The position numbers and the translations under genes were made by a program. A DNA stretch of 64,000 nt, taken from positions 18,168,001-18,232,000 of the forward strand of contig CM052816.1 in NCBI GenBank assembly GCA_028534125.1, written 5' to 3'. Below, one piece after another: positions 13,540-25,940 of the stretch. The notes beneath the pieces are model-generated. The model ran no database searches. It saw only the letters and a program-made list of their open reading frames with translations, and was not told where the DNA came from. The DNA is from Lama glama. Its lineage: Eukaryota. Within the stretch, counting starts at the first letter, position 1. Each line of letters starts with the position of its first letter.

Positions 13540-13705
13540 GCTCCTTCCTTTCTTCTTTCCCTCTTTCCTTCCCTCCCTCTCCCCTTCCCTCCTTTCTTTT
13601 TTCCCTCTCTTTCTTTCTCTGTAGCCTTTGCTTTGTGTTCCTTCTTCTCACTCTCCCCCTTTCTCTCTCCTCCTCCCTCTTCCCCTCCCTCTCCTCTCTT
13701 TTTGT
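13540..13705. repeat. CT-rich low-complexity tract
   Basis: Almost pure pyrimidine (ccttcctttcttctttccctctttccttccctccc...). Confidence 0.85.
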
Positions 13706-16700
13706 TAATTCCTTATTGTGGTTCTCCCCCGACATACATACCAGGAGGGAAGGAAATTTATCTGTCTTTTTTACCGCCAAAATCCCAGGGCCAAGAATGT
13801 CACCTAGTGTAAACTAAGGCCTTGATAAATATTTAGAAATGAAAGATCGAGCAAAGTGTAAATAAATGCTGATCCAACATCAGGCCTGAGTGATCCGTTT
13901 GCTGAAATGACCCATTATTTGACTTTTTAAAGAAAAAGTCAACCTGGCTGTTTATGCACAGAGCACAACAGTAGAGTAAATCTCCTGTTAAAACACTAGA
14001 TCTATTCCTAGACAAATTATATTGGCCGATGAAAGGGAATCCCTGAGGCTATGCCTGGGGAGGAAGCAGAGGCTCAGTGAGGTCAGGGCCTTGGTGGAAG
14101 GGCCAGAGCTCATCTTGCAGGGAAAGAGAAAGATGGACATTTTAATGGAGACATAGGGATGTAACTGAGAGGCCCATGGGCACCATGGGGAATTTCTATT
14201 TCGCTTGAATTCCTTTTCGTGGTTTCAAACTCCATTCTGGGCTTTTTATAAGATGATTGATGGTAAATCCCTATTTCTCTTGTTGGTGCATCAGAGAGTA
14301 TTTGTAGTTGTCATTACCACTTAGGACTAACACGATATGTGATGGTGTTCACATTCGATCACGTTGCAATAAAACAGATGGGGTTTTAAGGACAGGTTCC
14401 CCTGCCCTTTAAAAAGATTTCTCCTAGCTTGCAGCTGTAAATGACAGCATCTACCCTAACATCTCAGGAAACCGGGCAAAATAATTCCTTTATGTATCTC
14501 TTGTTACAATAGCTTGAATGGTCAGATACTGAAATGTACACGCCTTAAAGGAAACGGCAGCATTTTATCACACAATGCCAGAGAAGCACTTATTGCTAAC
14601 AAGGACATTTACTAGAAAATGCCTATCTTAGAATTCACTTTGGCAGGAAAAATGATGTAAGACCTTCTGCCAGAGTCTACTCCTCTTTTAATTTCACAAA
14701 GGGAGAGAAAGCTTCTGGAGCTCACCAAGAAATCATATTGCTAAACACCTCTAGGAAATTAGTTTCTTCACCTAATAATACATGTATTTTACCTTTAGGC
14801 CTCTTAAAGTCTCTTTAACTTTTCTGAATTCTTTAATTGGTTCTGTATAGTGAAATTTCTATTGTCTTAATTCATGACAATTGCAGAGGCATTACCTGGA
14901 AAAGGCCAGCTGCAGTCACCAAGGCCACTCACCGTGGATCAGAAAACAGAAAACTTCATTACTTCAATTTTAAGCTTAATACGCAGAAGGAAATCTTGTT
15001 TCCTTAGTTATTTGGAGATGGGAAAGAGTCCCATATACTATAATTTGGTATATTCAAAATCCAAGTACTCTAAATCATGTTCAAGTTTACATTAAAAGAT
15101 TGCAAAGAAAAAAGAGGTGATTTAGCCATTTTAAGTTGAGGACTACGAGAACTGGAAAAACTATGATATCCAGGAAACATGCATCAGAAGCATGATGTCT
15201 ACTGGGTGATGATTTTCAACAGAAATACATCAGAGCAAATATTCTGCCTCTTATACTCCCTAGCACAGTATTATACTGAAGATGCCTGCAGAGTTTTTTG
15301 AATTGTTTGTATGAATAAGTGCGTGAGTGAATGAATGAATGCATGAATGATGCAGCAAAACAGAAAATGAGGTGCCTTTAAGCTCAAAAGTTATTTCTAC
15401 AACCAGCACCCATTGGCAATGAGGCATTAAGAGACTGGGGAAAATGCCCTTAAGTTACGTATTTGTTGAGAGAATTTTTCTCTGCATCAAAGGGGTTAGT
15501 TCCATGAAATAAAGACCTCATCTGTTTTGCTCACCACAGTTTCCTAAAAGCTCTAATATGATATTTTTCAATCAATGAATGGTTCGTTCTGTACTAGTCC
15601 ATGAAAATAAATTACTCATTCCTCAATATTTCCTCCCAGTCTTCTACTTCTGAAAATGAGCTGGCACCCATTCCAAGGCAATCTGCTCTCAGGTACTTTG
15701 TTTGAATCATCAGAGATGTGCCATGTCCAGGGTGAGTAGGGAACTTTGATCAATAGATGGCCCTCTGAAGTCTTAGGGGCTTTACTGGGAAAGGGGTTTG
15801 AGAAGATTGCATTGAGTTTTAAGACAAAATTAAGCCACCAATATTTTTGCTGACCTTACACATTTACCCCAAATTTTGGTCTCTAAGTCTATCTTTTTTA
15901 AACTGCTCAGAGAAAGCAAATGAGGCAGCAAACGTGTCCACCCAGAAACTGATCAGCAATGAGATCTAACATAAAGATAGCCATGCGCTAAAATAGGAGA
16001 CATTAGGCCTCTACTCCAGGAGCTAAATTCCACTTGGGAGGTAAGATTACAATTAGACACAGAGGAAATAAAAGTGAAAATAATCACAGAGGAATGTATA
16101 TACAAGCATGCAGTGTTGTCCTAAAATATTCTTACTATGATAAAATGAATGCATAAGCAATGTCAACATTCTGAAGAGAATAAAGAGGAGAATGACAAAT
16201 AAATGGTAGTGCTATGATTTAGAAATTTTAAACTATTCTTATTTTGACATGTTTCCCAGTATTCTCATGCCCATCTGTATGTGTATATGAGGATAAGAAT
16301 AGGATCATATTCACGCTTAATTTTTTTCACTGAGCGTGCTAATATGAACTTTTGTCTACATCATTCATTCTGACCTCTGATAGCATCCCATGGTTGGAAA
16401 ACAGACATGTGGCTCACGGTGGTTTCACCATAGTGGTCCCACCCAAAGGCTTTCTCAAAGTATCTTTTGCCTATTGTCAAGGCCAGTGGTGATATGAAAA
16501 CCTTGTGAAATCTCAAAAGAGTTCCTCCAGGGATGCAGATGCAAAGTAGCACTGTAGAATGTGAAGGTCACAGCTTTTCACTCTGGTACGTCTAAGTGTT
16601 CAGTGTGTATGTTCATCATATCTGTAACCTTCATGAGATCGGAGCCTGCTTCCATTGTCATTTCTCCTCCCTTCCTTATCCTAAGCAGCTCGCCCAGCCT

Positions 16701-17059
16701 CCCCTGTACTCTTCTTGTTATGGAAACATTATTTATGAAGAGTGGCTAAAATAGTTTCTTTATTCAGAAGTTGTCTTATACTTCATTAATTAAATCCAAA
16801 CATAAGTTATACTGCTGTAACTTCTCATATTTTTTTGTCCCTTTTCAGACTGGGTAATGTCACATTTACACTACCCACTACATATTCTCGGTCTTTTAAT
16901 GGCTGGGATCTTGGTAGAGTTCTGAAGAACACAGAAAGAAGGGTTGACAGTGCTAACAATATAATCAAAAAACTTAGCCTTTAAACCCAATGCTTTGACT
17001 AATTCTGTGTTCACACTTTCTTAATATAAAAGTATGTTTTCCTTCGTTAGCTCACAAAC

Positions 17060-17745
17060 TTCCATAAGTAAAATATAGAATTTGTCTGGTCTTTGTCCTA
17101 TTTCCTGGTACAGAGCTTCTGAAATCCTCAATATTCCATCAGCAACAGGAGTGTCTTTGTTGTGCTAATAAGGTGACACATGGTGGGGCCCCTAGATGGC
17201 TTCAGTTGTGCTAGTTGAGCTGGTCACCAAAAAGAGCTACCACGTGATTAGAGGGTTGGGACCTGAGCCAGCCCAACCTCTGGAGAGAAGAGCGAGCTAG
17301 AAATTACGTTCAACCACATGGCCACTGATCTAATGAATCACGCCTATATAACTGAACTCCAAAAAAATCTCTGGACACAAAAGCTCAGTGGAGTTCGTGA
17401 CTGGTGAACACATCTGTGTGTGATTCCAGGGGGAGAGGGCAGAGGAGCTCTGTGTTACTGCCAGACTTTACACCATGGGCATCTTTTATAATAAAATTGT
17501 TTCCTAAGTGCTATTTTCCTGAGTTCTGTGAATGGTTCTAGCAAATTATCAAACTTGATAGGCACTGGAGGAAACTCACGGACTGGTAGCCTATTGGTCT
17601 GAGGTATAGGTGGCCTGGGGATCCCAGTGATGAGGGTCTGAAGGGAAGTCTTGTCATGGCCCATGCCATTAAACCTGTGGAGCCAGATGCTAATTCCTGG
17701 TGGTGAGCATCATAATTCAGTTGTATTGCAGAATATCCAGTTGAG
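17060..17745 (+). mobile_element. MER21C-like solo LTR
   Basis: ggtggggcccctagat, ctggtcacca...cacgtgattagagggttgg, aatcacgcctatataa, gactggtgaacacatc, tttcctgagttctgtgaatggttctagcaaattatcaaac and ttaaacctgtggag match recalled MER21C. Confidence 0.8.
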
Positions 17746-17764
17746 ATGGAGACAAGAATACTTC

Positions 17765-17930
17765 TCAACTTTCTGATGTAGGAATTGTATTCCCAGTTTT
17801 ATAGGGGAAATGCAAGTGTTTAGAAACATTAAGTAATTCTCATCGAGTAATACAGGTAGTAAGTGAAAGCTCTAGAATTTAAACCCAGATCTATGTGATT
17901 CTAAGCTTTGTGATCTTTCTGCTTAATGCC
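17765..17930 (-). mobile_element. MIR SINE
   Basis: cccagttttatagggg...attaagtaattctc...gaatttaaacccagatctatgtgattctaa. Confidence 0.6.
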
Positions 17931-18989
17931 AATCTGCTCTTCCACAAAGGTCAAAATTATAAATACTTATCCCAGTGCCATTACCAGGAAAGGTGCTGAA
18001 AATAGAAATGCTAAGGGAAACATTTCTGGTCCTAGGTCTTCAATCTCCTAAGTGTACGAAGTGTTCAGAGTGTTCAGAGAGTTTATTTTACAGAATAAAC
18101 CTGCAAGGACTTACACAAAGGAGACTGTCCTGGGATGGGGCCTCCATAAATAGTTTTCTCATGTGGCAGAAAGGTTCCTGATTTCCTCTAAGAGAATGAA
18201 AGTTCCAGTCTTGAGTGATCATCAATAATTACTGAGCCCCTACTGCTCAAAGCCACTGTATGAGGCTCTGAAAAAAGGAAGCAGAGCCTAAGGTCCCTGC
18301 CCTTGAACAGCTAGCAATCCAGTTGGGAAGACAGCTTAAAGCAGTGCATGATAAATAATTCAGACAGAAAAGATCATCCAAGGAAGATATTCCTGAGGGT
18401 TACAGTGGATACAGAAGGCTTCCTGGAGGAAGAAGACATGAAGCTGGGCCTTGAAATGTGTATAGGACTTAAAAAGGAATGACTTCCAAGATGGGAATTG
18501 AGCAGTATATGCAATGTGCCTAGCACAGTGCCTACAGTGAAAATAATGATGATAATAATTTAAGCAATTCAGCAGCCTGTAAATAGGTACATTTCTGGTT
18601 AGAGTACTCAAGAATAAAACAGCTAAGTGCATGCTTTGAAATCAAACATACACTGTTTAATTTTGTTCCTAGAGGCCTTTGAACTAGAGGTACTTTCGTA
18701 TCTAGAAGGAAAACTTCCCCTGACGAGGCAGAGGCCACTGTTAAGGGCAAAATATACCTATAGATGCCCTGGGTGAAGCCATCAACTGAGCCTTCCATGA
18801 TAAGGAAAATCTCACAGCCCAGGGTTTACAAAACAAGGAAAGGACTGAAGGTGATGCAACGTTAAGCTTCTGGGGTCATCATCCCCAGACAGTGTTAGCA
18901 AGATGCTAACACAGGTGTCAGGCCAGTGTCTTGAGACCATGGTGAGGAACCACCCCTCTCTCCTCATCTGTGACACTATGTGACTCAGG

Positions 18990-19640
18990 TAGGGCTGACT
19001 TGCACTATGTTCTGTGGCCAGATCCCAATGGATTTAAGCCAGTCGTGGGCTCCTCTTCCCTGACCACCATGACTGTTTCAAGAAAGACACACGGACAAAT
19101 GAGAGCCAATAAGAGACACGATGATTTGTTTTATGCAACCAGAGGGGGCCCCTCCTCTTCCCTTGGACCATGTCATTTGAGGCTGGCTGTGAGCCTGCAG
19201 CTAGCAGCAGCCATCTGTGAAAGGGAAAATAGAGGTGGGAATGGGGACTGGGCAATGTGTGGAGCCTGAAGACAAAGTCAACATGACGAAAGACAGAGCA
19301 AAAGAGAAAAATCAGGTTCCAGTTACAACATATGTTTTATTGGATCAAGTGTTGCCTGAATACAGAAATATATCTGAATCCTTCAGGTCTGTCAGCCAAG
19401 AACTGCCCTCCCTATTCTCTACTGTGTGTGTGTGTGTGTTTTTCATTTTTGGGGAGGGAGGTATTAACTTTATTTATTTATTTTTGGTGGAGGTACTGGG
19501 GATTGAACCCAGGACCTCATGCATGCTAAGCATACACTACCACTGAGCTATACCCTTCCCCCTACTCCCAATTTTTGCTTAATTTGGTTTGAGGTTTTTT
19601 TTCTCTCTTTTACAACCAAAATTTTCCTAACTGGTGATGA
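18990..19640 (+). mobile_element. Old MaLR LTR (MLT1J/K-like), interrupted by a camelid SINE
   Basis: gccaataaga, gcagcagccatctg, gagcctgaagacaaagtcaaca and ttggatcaagtgttgcctgaa; resumes after the SINE with ttgcttaatttggtttgagg...acaaccaaaattttcctaact. Confidence 0.6.
19439..19562 (-). mobile_element. tRNA-Ala-derived camelid SINE (Vic-1 type) with a (CA)n tail
   Basis: Reverse complement reads ggggaagggtatagctcagtggtagtgtatgcttagcatgcatgaggtcctgggttcaatccccagtacctcca (tRNA-Ala-like, A and B boxes), followed by aaataaataaa...taatacctccctccccaaaa. Confidence 0.9.
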
Positions 19641-19952
19641 GAGACAAGCAAGCTCTGAGCTTATTCAATTTACTTCAATTTACTGCCTGAGAATGTTCAC
19701 TCCAAGTATTAGCCATTCACGTAAAACAAATACCTTGCAATATTTTCTAAGCATAAATCACTATGGATACTTGCAATTTCAGCTGATATTTGGAAATGTG
19801 ACTTGAGAATATCTGTCAAATCTATCAGATCATAATGATTACAGCATAATGGCATATTCTAATGAGGTTTCATTTACATTCACATGTGGCAAATTTTGAA
19901 GCACTATGCATATGAAATAATTTAGATGAAGCACTTAACACCACTCATTCTC

Positions 19953-20083
19953 ATTTTTTATTTTTGGAGGGGAAGGTAATTAGGTTTATTTATTTACTTA
20001 TTTTAATGGAGGGACTAGAGATTGAAGGCAGGACTTTATGTATGCTAAGCATGTGCTCTACCACTGAGCTATAGCCTCCTCCC
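19953..20083 (-). mobile_element. tRNA-Ala-derived camelid SINE (Vic-1 type)
   Basis: Reverse complement: gggaggaggctatagctcagtggtagagcacatgcttagcatacataaagtcctgccttcaatctctagtccctcca...aaataaacctaattaccttcccctccaaaaa. Confidence 0.85.
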
Positions 20084-20159
20084 ACATTTTGAATTTAGTG
20101 GCTCTCTTTTCATTCAGGCAGCAGGATCCTACCTAATATTAGAGTCCTTAGGGTTTCCT

Positions 20160-20295
20160 CAAATGAGAATCTCGCTTCAGAATACGAGCAGCCACTACCC
20201 GGGTGATGGCCAGGGGTATGTGAAGCAAATGAGAATCTCGCTTCAGAATACGAGCAGCCACTACCTGGGTGATGGCCAGGGGTATGTGAAGCAAA
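20160..20295. repeat. Tandem duplication, 66-bp unit x2
   Basis: caaatgagaatctcgcttcagaatacgagcagccactacc(c/t)gggtgatggccaggggtatgtgaag at 20160-20225 and 20226-20291, followed by caaa; one mismatch. Confidence 0.95.
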
Positions 20296-21480
20296 GAGAC
20301 ACGGCAAGCTTGCAAAGCACCACCCTTGCTAACACCTGGATGCACACATTTTGCACGTTCCATCTCCATTCTCATTTCTACCATTAAGGCCATAAGGCTG
20401 TGTGATGGGAAGAATGGAGGGCTACTCAGAAGGACACAGAGGACCATTAAAACTACTCCATGCTCACTAGCAGCTCCACAATTACACATAAAAAACAAAA
20501 AACAAAAAACCTCTCAACCTCTCTAAATCCTAGTATTTCCACCAGTAGAGTCGTGCCTGCAAACCAGGTCATCCTTATACTCAGAAGACCCCATTCTCTC
20601 TTTGCCCCTACCCTTTTCCAATTTCCTTGCAAATGGTAAGTGATGGGGGTATAAAGATCAGTGATTTCTTATACAGATGCTCACTTGATGCTCACTTTCA
20701 GGAGGTATATATCTCTTCCCATGTGCAAAAAGCCCCACGAAGCCTTGATAAAGAGCTCCTGGGGCCATGGGAGAGGAGGAATGCAGTATTTCTATCTCTG
20801 GGCATGGAGTGGTATTCTTAAGTCCAATGTTACATGAAAGACTGAGCTTTCTCCTTTATAGGACTCTTCCTTTGACCTTAGTATTCATCTCTTTCTGACT
20901 ATAATAACTAAGGTGAGTAATTACTGTTTTAATGGAGGCCAGAGCCAACAGAACAGCTTGTATAACTTGCCAAATGAATGTATAATATCATACTTTTATT
21001 TCCTTTTAATAATAATTAGTAACAATGTATATAAAAATAAATATGTATATATTTTATATTATTATATTTCTTTAAAATATTATACAAATTTTTATTATCT
21101 CATATACATAACTGTTTAAAGACTGTTAACTCTTTCTCATTTCACATAGGAAAACTGACTTTTTAACATAAAACTAATAATCTATTGTGGAGTTTATAAC
21201 TGATATAAAAGTAAAATCTATAACAAAAACAGCTCAATATGGGGTAAATAGAATGATAACATGGTAACATTCTCAGAATGTTCCTAAGTGCTATAATACT
21301 ATTTGAAGGTAGCTGTGAAAAGTTGCAGATAGTAATCTCTAAAGCAACCAAAAAAAAAAAAACCATAAAGAAGTATAGCTAAAAAGTCAATAAAAAGTGT
21401 AAAATAGAATACTAAAAATATACTTGATATATCCAAAAGGTAGGAAAAGAAGAACAAAGGAAGTAAGAACCTATATGACT

Positions 21481-21868
21481 TGTTATGGGCTGAACTGTGT
21501 CCCTTGCAAAATCCATACATTGAAGCCCTGAGCCCCAGCACCTCAGAATGTGGCTATATTTGGGGATTAAAAAGGTAATTAAGTTAAAAGTGATCCCTAA
21601 TCCAATCTGACTGGTATCCTTATAAGAAGAGGACTTTTGTACAGACAGGCACAGAGGAAAGACAATGAGAAGACACGGGGAGAAGACAGCCTTCTCCAAG
21701 CGAAGGAAAGAGGCCATGGAACGCGTCCTTCTTTTACTGCCCTCAGGAGGAATCAAGTCTGCTAACTCCTTGATCTCAGACTTTCAGCCTCTAAACTGTG
21801 AGAAAATAAATTGCTATTGTTTACCCAGTCTGTGATTCTCTGCATCACAGAGCTAGCAAACTAATACA
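21481..21868 (+). mobile_element. MLT1B-like MaLR solo LTR
   Basis: TG...CA termini (tgttatgggctgaactgtgtcc ... ctagcaaactaataca); contains cctaatccaatctgactggtatccttataagaagagg and actgtgagaaaataaatt. Confidence 0.9.
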
Positions 21869-22581
21869 GGCATACAGAAAATAATTACCAAGAAACTAAA
21901 CTTAAAATCCAACCATAATGATACTTACTGGAGATGTAAATCAATTAGCACTTCATGTAAAATGCAGACATTGTCAAACTGAATAGAAAAATTAGACCCA
22001 AGTACATGTGATTTTCAAGAAACATACTTCAAAACAAAGACAGATAGCTTGAAAGTAAAAGGGTTGAAAAAGATATGCCATGCATACCACAAGGCATAAG
22101 GAAGGGGCATAGTCATATTATACCAAAGGAGACTTCAGAACAAGGAAAATTACAGAAGGAAAAAATTAGGACATTTCATAATGATTAAATGGGCAATGCA
22201 TTGACAAAACATAAATATTATAATACACATCAATATACATTAATTAATTGGATAGCATTATTCTGGTAATAAAAATTAGAAAATAAAATTAAATTCATAA
22301 TAGCAACCAAAATATCAAATGTCTCAGAATAAACCCAATGCATGTAATATGTAAGACACTGAAAACTACAAAATGTCATCAGAAACTAAATAAGATCCAA
22401 ATAAATGGAGAGGTGTACAATTTTCATGAACCAGAAACCTCAGAATTGTTAAGGTATCTATTCTTTTCATATTGGCCTGTAGATTTCATATTGTCCTAAT
22501 AAGCAAAATAAGCAATAAGCAGGCTTGTTGAAGAAAATGGCAAACTAATCTTTAAGTTTATATAGAAATTCAAAGGGTCTA

Positions 22582-23457
22582 ATACAAATGATCAATAGGC
22601 ACATGAAAAAATGTTCAATATCACTAATTATCAGAGAAATGCAAACCAAAACTATAATGAGGTATCACCTCACACCAGTCAGAATGGCCATCATACAAAA
22701 GTCCACAAATGACAAATGCTGGAGAGGCTGTGGACAAAAGGGAACCCTCCTACGCTGCTGGTGGGAATGCAGTTTGGTGCAGCCACTGTGGAAAACAGTA
22801 TGGGGATTCCTCAAAAGACTAGTAATAGACTTACCATATGACCTAAGAATCCCGCTCCTGGGCATATATCCAGAAGGGACCATAGTTCAAAATGACACCT
22901 GCACCCCAATGTTCATAGCAGCAAGATTTACAATAGCCAAGACATGGAAACAGCCTAAATGTCCATCAACAGATAACTGGATAAAGAAGACGTGGTATAT
23001 TTATACAACAGAATACTACTCAGCCATAAAAACCGACAACATAACGCCATTTGCAGCAACATGGGTGTTACTGGAGAATGTCATTCTAAGTGAAGTAAGC
23101 CAGAAAGAGAAAGAAAAATACCATATGAGATCGCTCATATGTGGAATCTAAAAAAACAAACAAACAAACAAACAAAAGACAGAAACAGACTCACAGACAT
23201 AGAATACAAACTTGTGGTTGCTGGGGGGTGGGGGGTGGGAAGAGACTGGAATTTCAAAATGTAGAATAGATAGACAAGATTGTACTGTGTAGCACAGGGA
23301 AATATATACAGGATCTTGTGGTGGCTCACAGCGAAAGAGAATGTGACAATGAATGTACATATGTTCATATATAACTGAAAAATTCTGCTCTACACTGGAA
23401 TTTGACACAACATTGTAAAATGACTATAACTCAATAAAAATGTTTATATACAAAAAA
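22582..23457 (+). mobile_element. Young 5'-truncated camelid-type L1 with an 18-bp TSD
   Basis: Open ORF2 C-terminus (22588-23151; [18 protein letters not shown]ys-rich domain), 3' UTR and A-tail. TSD agaaattcaaagggtcta at 22564-22581 and 23458-23475. Confidence 0.95.
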
Positions 23458-23557
23458 AGAAATTCAAAGGGTCTAGAATAAGAAAAATATTCTTGAAAAA
23501 GAATAGAGCAGGAGAACTTATACTCTACAATTTCAAAATAAACCTACAGTAATCAAG

Positions 23558-24396
23558 GAGAAGTGTCCAAGATGGTGGAGTAGGAAGACCCTGAGCTTAC
23601 ATCCTCTCACAGGGACATAAAAACTATTTACAGAGAAAATGTTGATGAGGAAAACCAGAAGACTAGCAGAAAAGATTTTCTACAACCAAAGATATAAAGA
23701 AGGAACCACAAGAAGAAGGTTAGGAAGGGTGGAGACATGGTATAGTCAAGACCCACATCCCTGGGTGGGTGACCCATAAACAGAAGGATAATTACAACTG
23801 CAGAGGTTCTCCCCGAAGAGACGCTTAAGACACTAGAATGCACAGGACATCTCCTGCAAAAGTCCATTTCTCCAAGGTCAGGAAACATAAAGAAACTACC
23901 AAACACATAAAAATAAAATCAGCAAATCAGGCAAAATGAGGAGACAGAGGAATATATTTTAAATGAAGGGACAAGGTAAAGCCCCAAAAGAAGACCTAAG
24001 TAAAGTGGAGACAGGCAGCATACTTGATAAAGAGTGCACGGTAATGATTGTAAAGATGCTTAAAGAACTCAGAAGAAGAAGAGGTGCACACAGTCAGAAG
24101 TTTAACAAAGAGGTAGAAGGTATAAAGAAGAAGCAAACAGAGCGTAATAATAAAATAACCAAAATAAAAAATACACTAGAGGAATCAACAGTAGATATGA
24201 TGACAGGAATAGATCAGCAAGCTGGAGTAGTGGAAATCACTGAAGCTGAATAAAAAAAGAAAAACATATATAAATAAGGATAGTTTAAGGACCTCTAGGA
24301 CAACATAAAGCATACTAACATACAGCTAAGAAGGCAAGAATATGAAATGGGAAAAAGACGGCCTCTTCAATGAATGGTGTTGGGAAAATTGGACAT
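23558..24396 (+). mobile_element. L1 5' end (short 5' UTR plus ORF1 N-terminus) joined to a late-ORF2 fragment
   Basis: YY1-like caagatggtg at 23568. ORF1 from ATG 23936 reads MRRQRNIF*MKGQGKAPKEDLSKVETGSILDKECTVMIVKMLKEL..., ending near DNIKHTNI (~24322). ORF2-like gaaaaagacggcctcttcaatgaatggtgttgggaaaattggaca follows. Confidence 0.8.
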
Positions 24397-25645
24397 CTTT
24401 TCATATTCTTTACCCATTCATCTATTGATGGGCACTTGGGTTGCTTCCATATCTTGGCTATTGTAAATAATGCTGCAATGAACATAAGGGTGCATGTATC
24501 TTTCCTAATTAGTATGTCATTCTGTGAAGTGAGCCAGAAATAGAAAGAAAAATACCATATGAGATCACTCATATGTGGAATCTAAAACAAAAAAAAAAAA
24601 AACAAAAAAAAAAGCAAAGCATAAATACAAAACAGAAATAGACTCATAGACATAGAATATGAACTTGTGGTTGCCAAGGGGGCGGAGGGTGGGAAGGGAT
24701 AGACGGGATTTCAAAACTGTAGAACAGATAAACAAGATTATACTGTATAGCACAGGGAAATATACACAAGATCTTATGGTATGTGACAATAAATATATAT
24801 ATGTTCATGTATGACTGAAAAATTGTGCTCTACACTGGAATTTGACACAACATTGTAAAATGATTATAAATCAATAAAAAAATGTTTAAAAAATTGTTTT
24901 CTTTGGATTAATACCCAGGAGTGGAATTGCTAAATCATATGGTAGTTCTACTTTTAATTTTTTTTTTGTAATATGCAAAAGCACAGTAGATTATTACTTA
25001 GCTATAAAAAAGAATGAAATCTTGCCATTTGTGACAACACAGATGAACCTGGAGGGTATTATGCAAAGTGAAATAAGTCAGACAGAGAAAACTAAATACT
25101 GTATGATTTCACCTATATGTGGAATCTTAAAAAAAAAACCGAAACAAATGAACAAACGTAACAAAATAGGAGCAGAGTTACAAACACAGAGAACAAACAA
25201 ATGGTTACCAGGGGAGAGGGAGGTATGGGGAAGAAAGAAATACACGAGGGAGGTACAAACTTCCAGTTGCAAAATAAAGAGTCATCAGTATGAAATGTAC
25301 AGTGTGGGGAATATAGTCGATAACTAAGCACTATCTTTGTATGGTGCCACGAAGTGACTAGACTTACTGTGATCATTTTAAAATGTAAAGAAAAAAAATC
25401 ACTATGTTGTGTAACAAGAACTAACAGAATGTTGTAGGTCAATTATACTTCAAAAATAAACAAACATACAAACAAACTCATAAAAGAAAGAGATCAGATT
25501 TGTGGTTACCAGAAGCAGAGGGTTGGGGGGATTGGAGGAAGGTGATCAAAATGTACAAACTTCCAGTTATGAAATAAATAAGTACTGGGGATGTAACGTA
25601 CAACATGATGACTACAGTGAACACTGCTGTGTGACATAGGAAAGC
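24397..25645 (+). mobile_element. L1 3' end (L1_Art/L1MA9-like) with a 5'-inverted segment (24397-24968, - strand)
   Basis: The minus-strand segment encodes [28 protein letters not shown]. The plus strand resumes at ~24975 with the next consensus block tattacttagctataaaaaagaatgaaatcttgccatttg and the 3' UTR. Confidence 0.8.
24514..24893 (+). mobile_element. Young camelid-type L1 3' UTR nested inside the inverted L1 segment
   Basis: atgtcattctgtgaagtgagccagaaa...tcaataaaaaaatgtttaaaaaa; the host minus-strand sequence continues on both sides. Confidence 0.9.
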
Positions 25646-25649
25646 TGTT

Positions 25650-25940
25650 ATTACTCAGCAATGAAAAGGAACAAAAGAATATATACTACATTATTGCACT
25701 TAAATTAAGTAATAAGAACAGAGCAAACTGATACATAGTGACAGAAATCAGAAAATCAATGCCTCTTCTATGGGGGCACAGTTAAAACTGACTGGAAGGC
25801 TGCATGAGGGAGTGTTCCAGAATGATGGAAACATTCTACATCTTGTTTTGATGGGTAGTTACAATGGTCAAAACTTATCAAACTGAACAGTTAAGATTTG
25901 ACCATTTTATTGTTTATAAATATTTAAATTTTGGAAAAAA
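25650..25940 (+). mobile_element. Old L1M 3' end
   Basis: tattactcagcaatgaaaaggaac, gtgacagaaatcaga, gaatgatggaaacattctacatcttg and tcaaaacttatcaaactgaac. Confidence 0.7.

Larger units (their letters stand above)
21150..23555 (+). mobile_element. Old L1M (inter-ORF region and ORF2 fragments) hosting MLT1B and a young L1
   Basis: Degraded endonuclease-region motifs (aatgcagacattgtcaaactgaatag, gttgaaaaagatatgccatgca, ggacatttcataatgatta) and later ORF2 motifs (ataaatggagaggtgtaca, ctacagtaatcaag). Confidence 0.7.

Noticed and set aside
19439..19562. Possible tRNA-Ala gene (also 19953-20083 and 51096-51205)
   Set aside because: Each has SINE-specific 3' sequence, an A-rich tail and stem-disrupting changes, and one has a clear TSD; these are SINEs, not tRNA genes.
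20160..20295. CRISPR-like or coding repeat array
   Set aside because: Only two head-to-tail units with no spacers, in a mammalian context.
22588..23151. 187-aa open ORF
   Set aside because: L1 ORF2 C-terminal Cys-rich region in a 5'-truncated copy, not a host gene.
25140..25645. Internal duplication within the L1 3' UTR (two ggttacca...gtacaaacttccagtt blocks)
   Set aside because: The copies are strongly diverged, and as I recall this doubled structure is part of laurasiatherian L1 3' consensus sequences; not locus-specific.
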